Shown here in pieces: positions 30,219-43,825 of a DNA stretch of 63,680 bases. Below the pieces are notes generated by a model. It saw only the letters and a program-made list of their open reading frames with translations, ran no database searches and was not told the origin of the DNA. Source of the stretch: Gaiellaceae bacterium (lineage in GTDB: Bacteria > Actinomycetota > Thermoleophilia > Gaiellales > Gaiellaceae); NCBI GenBank assembly GCA_035273885.1, contig DATEOR010000007.1, positions 1 to 63,680 of the forward strand, in the 5' to 3' direction. The stretch's first letter is position 1. Each line of letters starts with the position of its first letter. Made by a program: the position numbers and the translations under genes.

Positions 30219-32377
30219 CCGGCGAGCTTGACCGTCACGCGGGGGCCCAGGTTCGCCGCGAGGTCCGAGGCCTGAGCCCTGACGCGCGTCGCCCTCGGCA
30301 GCCTGAGGCTGGAATAGCCCGCCTGCCGCTCGACCTCCCGGGAACCGTCCCACTCCGGCGAGCCGTAGCGAAGCGTCACCGCGGCGGCCTCGCTCAGCCA
30401 GATGCGCACGGCCGTGTGCCCGTCCTTGCGGCGGCGAGCGGACACGATGCGGACGACGGGGGCGCGCGTGTCGATGCGAAGCGGAACCGAGAGAGTGCGC
30501 GTCCCGAGAGTCGTCGTCGCCTCTACGAGAGCGCGGTAGTCCCCGTCTGCAACCGCGCCATCTCGGTTGCGGCCGCCCCACGCAAACGACGCGTGGCCTG
30601 CGGCGAGCGCGCCGAGCGGGCGGACGCCGGCGACCGTCCTCTCCCCGTCCATGATGCGCACCCGCACGTCGGCGTCGCGCGCGAGCTGGAAGCCGATCGC
30701 AGTCGAGTCGAGGCGTCCGTCGCCGTTCGGGGAGAAGGACGTCGGAGCGGCCTGGAGGTGGCCGAGGGTCCGGTCGACCAGAATGCCGCGGCCCTTGCGC
30801 GCCTGCTGGCCCGGCGACGTGGCCGTGATCCGGATCCGGTAACGACCGTCACGAACGAGGTGGCCCGACGCGTTCCGCCCGTCCCACGCCATGCTCGCCC
30901 GCCCGCTGCCGTACGAGAACGAGCTCGCCATTGTCCGAACGACCGTCGAGTCGGTGTCGACGACCTCGACCGCCACGCTGGCAGGTGTGGAGAGGGAAAA
31001 CGACACCGCCATGGACTCGCCGATCCCATCCCCGTTCGGGGTCAGCGCGTGCGGGCTGGCGGTCAGGCTCGTCACCTCGAGCGGCGGGGGGCCGGGGACC
31101 GTCCCGCGCGCAGGCCTGAGGTCGGGCCCGGCTTCGATCGCGTACGCGAAATCGCCGAACGGAGTCGCGGAGGCATCCCACGTCCAGTCGACCGCCGTCC
31201 CCGCTCCGATGCCCGAGGCAACCTCAGCGCCGGCGGCATCGAAGACGGTCACCTTCCACGGAAGGGCCTCCGTGAGAGTCGCCGTGAACCGCACCGAGCC
31301 GCCGAGGGTTCCGGTGACGACAGGGGTGTAGAGCTTGGGCAGCCCGGTTGCGGCGACATCGCCCGCGATCCCGTTCAGCTGGGCGTAGAGGGAGCCCCCT
31401 GGGCAGCTGGTCGGTCCCGTGTCCCGGTGGCCCGAGATCGCGCGCAGATTGACCTTCGTCCCCGCGGGGAAGCGCGGATTCCCACCCGACGTCCACGTGA
31501 GCCTGCCAACGGGGTCGACGTGCGCGACGTCGAGGCGCCAGGCCAGAAGCTTCACGAGCGCCGCACGCGCAGCGGGCGAGATCGTCTGCGACTCGTAGTT
31601 GCCGAGGACCGCGACACCGGTGCTGCCCGTGTTGAACCCTTCGGCGTGCGCGCCGACGACGTTCTTCGTGATCCCCCCGGCGCGGCCCTCGAATACTTGG
31701 CCGTACTTGTCGACGAGGAAGTTGTAGCCAATGTCGTTCCAGCCGTTCGCGAGCACGTGGTAGCGCTCGATGCCGCGCACGATGGCGGCCGATTCCGACG
31801 CGGAGTAGGAGTTCGTCCCAGCGGTGTGGTGGACGACCGCGAAGTGGACCGCGGAGGCGTAGAAGGGCCTCGCTCGTACGATCGACTCGTCGGCGCCCCA
31901 CGCGGCGCGGCGGATGATCGCCGGCTGGGCCGCCCGGGCGGCAATCCCTCCCGGGAGAAGAGCTCTCGCACCGGCAGGATCGCTCCAGAGGAAGTACGCT
32001 CGGAGCCTCGAGACAGGGCCGTCGAACCGGTACTGGATCGACGTTGCGGCCCCGGTCCAGTACGGGCTCCCGAGCTTCCAGCCGCGACGCGCAGACCCTT
32101 CGGCGGAATCGGCGTCGGGCGCGTCCTCGGCCTCGGCCTGCGCTTCCCGCCAGACGCTCCACGTGCCGGCCGGCGACACGGTCCGGAACCACACCGTCCC
32201 GGGTCCCTTCCAGTGCAGGCCGACGAGATTGAAGTCGAGCGGCGCCTGCCGCGCGTGAAGCTCGGCGGCGCCGGAGACTGGCTCGTCGCGCACCACGAAC
32301 CGGTCCGCTCCGTGGGCAACGGCCGGAGCGGCCAGGACGAACACAAACGCGGCGAGGGCGGTGCGAACCAGGGTCAT
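30215..32377 (-). CDS. secreted N-acetylmuramoyl-L-alanine amidase (amidase_2/PGRP domain) with C-terminal FlgD-Ig-like repeats
   Basis: Signal peptide MTLVRTALAAFVFVLAAPAVAHG. Amidase_2 core VVHHTAGTN...GWNDIGYNFLVDKYGQVFEGRAGG...GAHAEGFN. Repeated xxPNGDG modules (LTPNGDGIGES, FSPNGDGRLDS). Confidence 0.8.
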   Translation of the reverse strand: MTLVRTALAAFVFVLAAPAVAHGADRFVVRDEPVSGAAELHARQAPLDFNLVGLHWKGPGTVWFRTVSPAGTWSVWREAQAEAEDAPDADSAEGSARRGWKLGSPYWTGAATSIQYRFDGPVSRLRAYFLWSDPAGARALLPGGIAARAAQPAIIRRAAWGADESIVRARPFYASAVHFAVVHHTAGTNSYSASESAAIVRGIERYHVLANGWNDIGYNFLVDKYGQVFEGRAGGITKNVVGAHAEGFNTGSTGVAVLGNYESQTISPAARAALVKLLAWRLDVAHVDPVGRLTWTSGGNPRFPAGTKVNLRAISGHRDTGPTSCPGGSLYAQLNGIAGDVAATGLPKLYTPVVTGTLGGSVRFTATLTEALPWKVTVFDAAGAEVASGIGAGTAVDWTWDASATPFGDFAYAIEAGPDLRPARGTVPGPPPLEVTSLTASPHALTPNGDGIGESMAVSFSLSTPASVAVEVVDTDSTVVRTMASSFSYGSGRASMAWDGRNASGHLVRDGRYRIRITATSPGQQARKGRGILVDRTLGHLQAAPTSFSPNGDGRLDSTAIGFQLARDADVRVRIMDGERTVAGVRPLGALAAGHASFAWGGRNRDGAVADGDYRALVEATTTLGTRTLSVPLRIDTRAPVVRIVSARRRKDGHTAVRIWLSEAAAVTLRYGSPEWDGSREVERQAGYSSLRLPRATRVRAQASDLAANLGPRVTVKLAG

Positions 32378-32469
32378 CACAACTCGTCGGCCTTCTTGGA
32401 AGGCAAACAAAGGCCTTCTCGGCGCTCAAGAGCGAAACCTTGACCCTGATAGAATTCTTACAGTCGAAG

Positions 32470-33789
32470 ATGCTGCTTTTGCGGGGTTTTTTGGCGCTTC
32501 TCTGCGCCCTCGCCGCCTGTCTGGCGCTGGCCGGGACGGCGACTGGAGCCGATCCGCCGCGGGTTCTCGCAGTCGAGTTCGAGAACGACGTGAACCCGGT
32601 CACCGCGGACTACCTCACCGGGGCGATCGGCCAGGCCGAGGACGAGGGCTACGACGCCGTGGTCATCCTCATGGACACCCCCGGCGGCCTCGACTCCGCC
32701 ATGCGCGACATCATCAAGAAAGAGCTGGAGTCGACGGTCCCGGTCGTGGTCTACGTCTATCCGCAGGGATCGCGGGCCGCCTCGGCGGGCGTGTTCATCA
32801 CGATGGCCGCCGACGTCGCCGCAATGGCGCCGAACACCAATATCGGCTCCTCGACTCCGATCTCGACCGGCGGCGGCAACATCCCGAGCGACCTTCGCCG
32901 CAAGGTGATCAACGATGCGGCCGCTTACATCCGTGGGCTGGCCGAGACACACGGGCGCAACGCGGACTGGGCCGAGGAGGCCGTCCGCCAGGCCTCGAAC
33001 CTCACCGCGGAGGAGGCCCTCGACCAGAACGTCGTCGACGTCGTCTCCCCGGACCTGCCCACTCTCCTGAATGACATCGACGGGATCAAGACCGAGCCGA
33101 AGGGCCTCGTGCTCAACACCGCCGGCGCGGAGATCACGACGATCCACATGTCGCTCTGGAAGCGGATCCTCGACACCCTTATCGACCCGAACATCATCGT
33201 GCTGCTTCTCTCGCTCGGCGCGCTCGGGATCACGGTCGAGCTCTTCAACCCGGGCCTGATCTTCCCGGGAACCTTCGGCGCGATCTCGCTGATCGTCGCC
33301 TTCTTCGGACTACAGGTGCTGCCGGTGAGCGCGGCAGGGATCCTGCTCATCCTGCTCGCCGCAGCCTTCTTCGCCGCGGAACCGTTCGTGATGAGTCACG
33401 GGGCGCTCGCGCTCGCCGGCGCCGCCTGCTTCGTCATCGGCTCCCTCATGCTCTTCGACCCCGCAGGGCCGGGCTACCAGGTGTCGATCTGGGTCGCACT
33501 CGCGATCGCCGGCACCTTCACGCTTCTCATGGTTTTCGCCCTGACGAAGATCGTGCAGTCGCGTAGACGGAAGCCGGTGACCGGACAGGAGGAGCTTGTC
33601 GGCCAGATGGGCGTCGTCCGCAAAGCGCTCGACCCGGCCGGGCTCGTGTTCATCCACGGCGAGCTCTGGCAGGCGCGCTCCGACGAGGAGCCGATCGGCG
33701 TCGGCGAAGCGGTCGTGGTCGAGAGCATCGAAGAAGGCCTCGTGATCCACGTACGGCGCGCCAAAGCCGCGATGCCCGTCACGGCATAG
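32470..33789 (+). CDS. NfeD-family membrane-bound ClpP-class serine protease
   Basis: Signal peptide MLLLRGFLALLCALAACLALAG. ClpP-like domain (ILMDTPGGL, AASAGVFI), multi-TM middle section, C-terminal OB-fold (GELWQARSD). Start taken at ATG 32470. Confidence 0.85.
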   Translation: MLLLRGFLALLCALAACLALAGTATGADPPRVLAVEFENDVNPVTADYLTGAIGQAEDEGYDAVVILMDTPGGLDSAMRDIIKKELESTVPVVVYVYPQGSRAASAGVFITMAADVAAMAPNTNIGSSTPISTGGGNIPSDLRRKVINDAAAYIRGLAETHGRNADWAEEAVRQASNLTAEEALDQNVVDVVSPDLPTLLNDIDGIKTEPKGLVLNTAGAEITTIHMSLWKRILDTLIDPNIIVLLLSLGALGITVELFNPGLIFPGTFGAISLIVAFFGLQVLPVSAAGILLILLAAAFFAAEPFVMSHGALALAGAACFVIGSLMLFDPAGPGYQVSIWVALAIAGTFTLLMVFALTKIVQSRRRKPVTGQEELVGQMGVVRKALDPAGLVFIHGELWQARSDEEPIGVGEAVVVESIEEGLVIHVRRAKAAMPVTA

Positions 33790-33819
33790 GATTAGGAAAC
33801 CCCGAGGAAACGGAGCCCC

Positions 33820-34587
33820 ATGGTCGCTGCGCTCGTCGCAATCGCAGCAGTCGTCGTCATCATCCTGTTCCTGCTCTCGGCCGCGATCCGGATCACGCGA
33901 GAGTACGAGCGAGGCGTGATCTTCCGGCTCGGCCGGCTGCACTCTCCGCCCAAGGGCCCGGGCCTCTTCCTCCTCATCCCCATCGTCGACAAGATGGTGC
34001 GGGTCGACCTGCGGACGGTGACACTGAACATCCCGCCGCAGGAGGTGATCACGAAGGACAACGTCCCCGTGCGGGTGAACGCAGTCGCCTACTTCCGGAT
34101 CATCGACCCGGAGAAAGCGATCGTGCAGGTCGAGAACTTCATGGTCGCCACGTCGCAGATCTCCCAGACGACCCTCCGCAGCGTGCTCGGCCAGCACGTC
34201 CTCGACGAGTTGCTCGCCGAGAGGGACAAGATCAACGCGATCTTGCAGGAGATCATCGACGAAGCCACCTCGCCCTGGGGCATCAAGGTATCCATCGTCG
34301 AGGTCAAAGACGTCGAGATCCCGAGCGGCATGCAGCGGGCGATGGCGCGCCAGGCCGAGGCCGAGCGCGAGCGGCGCGCGAAAGTGATCGCCGCGGAAGG
34401 CGAGTTCCAGGCCTCCGAGCGCCTCAAGGACGCTGCCAACGTCATGAGCCAGAATCCGATCACGCTCCAGCTCCGCTTCCTGCAGACGATGCTCGAGATC
34501 TCCTCCGAGCGGTCGACTACGACCTTCCTTCCCCTTCCGATCGAGCTCTTCCGCCCCTTCATGGGCGGCTCGAACGAATCTCGCTGA
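33820..34587 (+). CDS. SPFH/band-7 (stomatin-like) protein
   Basis: N-terminal [17 protein letters not shown], and a PHB domain with the [17 protein letters not shown] coiled-coil. Classic partner of NfeD. Confidence 0.9.
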   Translation: MVAALVAIAAVVVIILFLLSAAIRITREYERGVIFRLGRLHSPPKGPGLFLLIPIVDKMVRVDLRTVTLNIPPQEVITKDNVPVRVNAVAYFRIIDPEKAIVQVENFMVATSQISQTTLRSVLGQHVLDELLAERDKINAILQEIIDEATSPWGIKVSIVEVKDVEIPSGMQRAMARQAEAERERRAKVIAAEGEFQASERLKDAANVMSQNPITLQLRFLQTMLEISSERSTTTFLPLPIELFRPFMGGSNESR

Positions 34588-35546
34588 CGGCCGAAACGCC
34601 CCCCGAGCTGCGCCGCGACCCGGTCTCCGGCCGCTGGGTGGTGATCGCGCCCGCTCGTGCGCGCAGGCCGGGTGCGGCAAGACCCGCGGTAAAGGAGCCT
34701 GAGGACGATGTTTCCGGCTGCCCGTTCTGCGCTGGGCGTGAGTCGGCTACGCCGCCGGAGACCTTCGCGATCGGCCCGCCCGGGCGGCCTGCCGACGCCC
34801 CTGGCTGGTGGGTGCGTGTCGTCCCGAACAAGTTCCCCGCCTTCGGACCGTGGTCGGACGAGGGCAACAAGGGCGGGCTCTTCGCACGGCGCGCGGCGCG
34901 CGGGCGACAGGAGGTCGTCGTCCACTCACCCCGCCACGTGCGCACGTTTTCCGACCTGACCGGCCGCGAGGTCGAGCAGGTCGCCGAGGCCTGGCAGAAC
35001 CGGGTCGCGACCGCAAAGGAGCAGGGCTTCCCCTACGTGCAGGCACTCATCAACGAGGGGCGCGACGCCGGCGCGAGCCTCGCCCACAGCCACTCGCAGC
35101 TCTTCTGGCTCGAGGAGGAGCCTCCGCTCGTCGCGCAGGAACGCGCTGCCCAGGAGGCCGAGGGCGGCTGCGTCCTTTGCCGGGTTCTCGGCGAGGAGGT
35201 GGAGCAGCGCATCCGGATCGTCGACGAGCGGGACGGCCTACTTCTGCTCTGCCCGTTCGCCAGCCGGCAGCCGTACGAGATGGTCGTCGCCCCGCGCGAA
35301 TGCTCCCAGGATCCCTTCGAAGGCCCCGACCTCGCCGCGGCGCTTCGGCTCCTCGCCGAGGGAATCCGCCGTCTGCACGTCGCCGAGGGCCCCGTCCCCC
35401 TGAACGCGTGGCTGCACGCAGGCGGGCACTGGCACATCGAAGTCGTCCCTCGGCTCTCCGTTCTCGCCGGGCTCGAGCTCGGGGCGGGCTATTTCGTGAA
35501 CACGCTGGCGCCCGAATCGGCGGCCGGGGTGCTCCGCGAGGCTTAG
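34584..35546 (+). CDS. galactose-1-phosphate uridylyltransferase-like HIT-family nucleotidyltransferase; start assigned to a CTG
   Basis: CPFC zinc motif and HSHSQLF (HxHxQ) active site. The conserved N-terminal [22 protein letters not shown] lies upstream of the track start GTG 34638. Confidence 0.8.
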   Translation: MTAETPPELRRDPVSGRWVVIAPARARRPGAARPAVKEPEDDVSGCPFCAGRESATPPETFAIGPPGRPADAPGWWVRVVPNKFPAFGPWSDEGNKGGLFARRAARGRQEVVVHSPRHVRTFSDLTGREVEQVAEAWQNRVATAKEQGFPYVQALINEGRDAGASLAHSHSQLFWLEEEPPLVAQERAAQEAEGGCVLCRVLGEEVEQRIRIVDERDGLLLLCPFASRQPYEMVVAPRECSQDPFEGPDLAAALRLLAEGIRRLHVAEGPVPLNAWLHAGGHWHIEVVPRLSVLAGLELGAGYFVNTLAPESAAGVLREA

Positions 35547-35854
35547 GCCTTCACGAGCGTGCGCCGGGGCGAACGCTCTTCCTTGAACTTGCTGGCCGCC
35601 TCGATGGCGGTCGAGAGGTTGAGGCCCTTGTCCTTCCCCTGCTTGATCAGCATCACGGTCTCGAGCGCGTCCATGTCGTAGATGCGCTGCTTCTTGCCCT
35701 TCGTGGGGATCTGGGCCTTGTTCGTCCAGTAGTCGAGCTGCATCTTCGAGATACCCGCGACCTGGCACACCTGGCCGAGATAGAGCTCCACCTTCTCGAG
35801 ATGCTCGGACAGGTTTATCGGTTCAAGCAGGTCAACGTGCCGAGGAACTGCCAT
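35543..35854 (-). CDS. small MerR/excisionase-like HTH protein
   Basis: Internal ATG at 35854 (MAVPRHVDLL). HTH-like LYLGQVCQVAGISKMQLDYWTNKAQIP followed by a short wing. Looks less GC-rich than its neighbours by eye. Confidence 0.5.
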   Translation of the reverse strand: MAVPRHVDLLEPINLSEHLEKVELYLGQVCQVAGISKMQLDYWTNKAQIPTKGKKQRIYDMDALETVMLIKQGKDKGLNLSTAIEAASKFKEERSPRRTLVKA

Positions 35855-35961
35855 GGAGGCACTCTTTTCGAATCTGGAGGGACGCTTCCGGAGGAAGCTA
35901 CCACCGTGCCGAAGCTTTGTGAAGGTCAATCCTGCCGAAATCTCCCTGCCGGGATGAGGTG

Positions 35962-40951
<4,990 letters not shown>

Positions 40952-40976
40952 CTATTTCCGCGCCCAATCAAGTCTA

Positions 40977-41450
40977 TCAGATCCGGCGGTTGGAACCGGC
41001 CGCCAGACTGGCTTCCGCGGCCCGCGCAACCGCCTCCCGGAGATCCGGATTCTCAATCGTCGCGGCGATCCGCGCGCCCTCAGCCCGGTCGGCTTCGCTG
41101 ACCTTCGGCGCGGTCCGTTCCGAAGCTTCCACAGGTTCCGGTCCGGCCTCCGGAAGGGCTCCCGGCGCAAACTTGAGCGAGGCCGGCGCCGACTCGCCGA
41201 GGCGCTCCTGCAACCGCTCCACAATCGAGGCCGCGAGGTGCGTCAGCTCGAATGCCCAGGTGCTCGAGCTCGTCGAGACGTGAAGGCTTCCATCGCGGGC
41301 AAGCCGTGCCGGCCACGCGTTTGCTGCGATTCCAGCCCCGACGCACTCGGGCCACGCAGCGACGATGTCCCCGAGCCCCGCGGCCGGCCCGAAGCGGGAG
41401 AGCTCCCGGCGCACCTCGTCCTCGATCGGGCGCAGCGGGTCGAATCTCAC
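40977..41450 (-). CDS. dciA: DUF721 protein (DciA-type replicative-helicase operator candidate)
   Basis: 157 aa. WPECVGAGIAANAWPARLARDGSLHVSTSSSTWAFEL matches the DUF721 core. Position between recF and gyrB matches mycobacterial DciA. GTGA overlap with the recF stop. Confidence 0.65.
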   Translation of the reverse strand: MRFDPLRPIEDEVRRELSRFGPAAGLGDIVAAWPECVGAGIAANAWPARLARDGSLHVSTSSSTWAFELTHLAASIVERLQERLGESAPASLKFAPGALPEAGPEPVEASERTAPKVSEADRAEGARIAATIENPDLREAVARAAEASLAAGSNRRI

Positions 41451-42508
41451 GCGGCCGCTCTCGCGTCGCCCGACGTGACCTCGACGATCAGGTCCGGGTC
41501 CGCGACACCCGGCTTGTGCGTCGCGGTGATCACCGTCTGGCCGCCCGCAGGAAGCTGTGCGAGGAGGGCGGCCCGGCGTTCCGTGTCGAGCTCGCTGAAG
41601 ACGTCGTCGAGGAGGAGGAGCGGCGACTCGCCTCTCCGCTCCGCGAGAAGCTCCGCCTCGGCCAGGACGAGTGCGAGGACCGCCGTGCGCTGCTCTCCCT
41701 GCGAGCCGTACCCCCGCAGCTCGCGCCCGCCGGCGGTGATGGAGGCGTCGCGAAGGTGCGGGCCCGCCCCCGTGACCGCTCGCTCGAGGTCGCGGGAAAG
41801 CCGTTCCTCGAGCTCTTCGACGGTCAGGCCCGTTCCGTCGTACGCGAGCAGGGCGTCCATGAGGCCGAGCGATTCCGCAATCCGCGTGAACCCCGGGCCC
41901 AGAAGCGCCGCGAGCTCGGAGCGGGCCGCGTCGAGCTCGGTCCCGAGCGCTGCGACCTGGGCCGTCCAGGGCTCCACGGAGTCGAGCCCGGACTCACCTG
42001 CTCGCACCCGCCGAAGCGCTGCGTTTCGCTGTGCGACCGCGCGGCCGTAGTTCGGCGAGATCTCCGCGCGGCTCGGGAAGACTCTGCCGAGCATGCGGTC
42101 GAGGTAGGCGCGGCGGACGATCGGGCCACCCTTCACGACCGCGAGCCGCTCCGGCGTGAAGACGAGCGCCGCCAGCTTCGAGCGCAGCTCCTCCGTGCTC
42201 CCGAGGGCGGCGCCGTTCAGCCGCACCTCCTTCGGCGAGCCCGGCGCGAGGTCGACCTGCGTCTCGAAGGAGCTCTGTCCCGACTCGCCGACCAGCCGCA
42301 CCCGGGCGGCCTCCTCGCCGAAGCGGACGAGGCGAGGCTCGGAACGGGTACGCGGGGAGAACCCCTGCGCGCCGACGTGGAGCCCCTCCAGCAGGTTCGT
42401 CTTGCCGACGCCGTTCGGGCCCGTCACGAGGACGAGCCCGGGTGCCAGATCGAGCTCGAGCCCGGCGTAGGAGCGGAAGTTCCGGAGCGAGACGTGCCCG
42501 ACGATCAG
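41447..42508 (-). CDS. recF: DNA replication and repair protein RecF; start assigned to a CTG overlapping the dnaN stop
   Basis: Walker A GPNGVGKTNLLE, signature LSGQGEQR-like SQGEQRT, Walker B LLLLDDV. The conserved LRNFRSY strand is encoded upstream of the track start GTG 42427. Confidence 0.9.
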   Translation of the reverse strand: MIVGHVSLRNFRSYAGLELDLAPGLVLVTGPNGVGKTNLLEGLHVGAQGFSPRTRSEPRLVRFGEEAARVRLVGESGQSSFETQVDLAPGSPKEVRLNGAALGSTEELRSKLAALVFTPERLAVVKGGPIVRRAYLDRMLGRVFPSRAEISPNYGRAVAQRNAALRRVRAGESGLDSVEPWTAQVAALGTELDAARSELAALLGPGFTRIAESLGLMDALLAYDGTGLTVEELEERLSRDLERAVTGAGPHLRDASITAGGRELRGYGSQGEQRTAVLALVLAEAELLAERRGESPLLLLDDVFSELDTERRAALLAQLPAGGQTVITATHKPGVADPDLIVEVTSGDARAAA

Positions 42509-43614
42509 CCGGCGAGCCGGATCGGCATGATCAGGTACAGGAAGTCGTCCGACTCCCCGAGGATGAGCCCGGGCCGGAGCGGGCTGATGAGCTTGAAGCG
42601 CACGGCATCGTCGCCGACCGACTCCAGGCCGTCCCGCAGGAACTCGGCGTTGAATCCGATCTCGATCGTGTCGCCCGTGTACGAGATCGGCAGCGACTCG
42701 CGGGCCTCGCCGACGTCCTGGGTCTGCGCGGAGACAGTCAGCTCACCGCTCTCGAACCGAAGGCGAAGGGGCGACTTCCGCTGCGCCATGAGCGACGCGC
42801 GGCGGACGATCTCCAGAAACTCGTCGCGCGGCAGCTGGATCTCCGCCTCGAAGGTCTCGGGGAGAAGCTGCTTGTAGTTCGGGAACTGGCCGTCGATCCG
42901 CCGCGCGGTGAGCCAGATGTCGTCGACACCGAAGACGATCTGGTTCTCCTGCACGCCGATCGAGATCGACCCCGCCTCGCCGCCCTGGCCGATCCGCAAG
43001 AGCTCGGAGAGGGCGCGCGCCGGCACGATCGCCTCGAGCTCCTGCCCCGGCCCCTTGTCGAGCGCCGTCTCCTTGACGCTCAGCCGGTAGGAGTCCGTCG
43101 CGGCCATGACGAGCTTCTCGCCCTCGAAGCGGACGAGGATCCCCGTGAGCACCGGTCGCGACTCGTCGCGCGACGACGAGCGGCTCACGCGGGCGATGGT
43201 CTCGACGAAGGCCTCCTTGTCGACGGTGAAAGCCGTCTCGGGATCGATCTCGGGCAGGCGCGGAAAGTCCTCGGCCGCGTACGTGTGCAGTTTGTAGGAC
43301 GCCGAGCCGCAGGTGAGCTCCGCGACTCCCTCCTCGGCGCGGTGCCCGATCGTGACCTCGCCTGTGGGCAGAAGACGGACGATGTCGACGAGCAAGCGGC
43401 CGGGAACGACAACCGCCCCTTCATCCTCGACCTGCGCGTCGAGCGAGACACGAAGCGAGATCTCCATGTCCGTCGCGGAGAGGTGAAGCTGGCCGCCCGC
43501 GGCACGCAGCATGATGCCGCCGAGAATCTGGACGCTCTGGGTTCGGGTCGACACCCCGCGGCCGGCGAGCTGAAGCTTTTCTGCGAGCTCGTCCCTGCCG
43601 CACGTCACCTTCAT
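42505..43614 (-). CDS. dnaN: DNA polymerase III beta sliding clamp
   Basis: Three-domain clamp. N-terminus MKVTCGRDELAEKLQLAGRGV (ATG 43614; an upstream ATG at 43647 is also possible). C-terminal LYLIMPIRL motif. Confidence 0.95.
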   Translation of the reverse strand: MKVTCGRDELAEKLQLAGRGVSTRTQSVQILGGIMLRAAGGQLHLSATDMEISLRVSLDAQVEDEGAVVVPGRLLVDIVRLLPTGEVTIGHRAEEGVAELTCGSASYKLHTYAAEDFPRLPEIDPETAFTVDKEAFVETIARVSRSSSRDESRPVLTGILVRFEGEKLVMAATDSYRLSVKETALDKGPGQELEAIVPARALSELLRIGQGGEAGSISIGVQENQIVFGVDDIWLTARRIDGQFPNYKQLLPETFEAEIQLPRDEFLEIVRRASLMAQRKSPLRLRFESGELTVSAQTQDVGEARESLPISYTGDTIEIGFNAEFLRDGLESVGDDAVRFKLISPLRPGLILGESDDFLYLIMPIRLAG

Positions 43615-43825
43615 CGTCGTCCTCACAACGGTATCGATGCTTGCCATTTAAAAAAACCTCTTCGTAGTCATAGGGAGTGTGAACGACGGGGAAGACGGGG
43701 TGTTTCCGCATGGTTGCTGAGAATCAGCGGTGGATGGTTTTTGTGGACAAGGGCGGGTTGTCGACAGGCCCGCGTCTCCACGGAGCGATGTCCCCAGGTT
43801 CGAGCGGCTTTGCACAGGACGTTGT
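43615..43825. other. dnaA-dnaN intergenic region with DnaA boxes and an A-tract (oriC candidate)
   Basis: Perfect actinobacterial-type box TTGTCCACA (reverse complement at 43742..43750). A one-mismatch box TTGTCGACA at 43758..43766 lies in opposite orientation 7 nt away. Weaker GTGGAT/CTCCAC cores. A-rich run TTTAAAAAAA at about 43648..43657. Confidence 0.55.

Noticed and set aside
32470-34587. The NfeD protease plus SPFH/stomatin pair as a novel system
   Set aside because: This is a well-known, widely conserved two-gene operon. Only the CTGA junction to the next gene is unusual, and that is reported separately.
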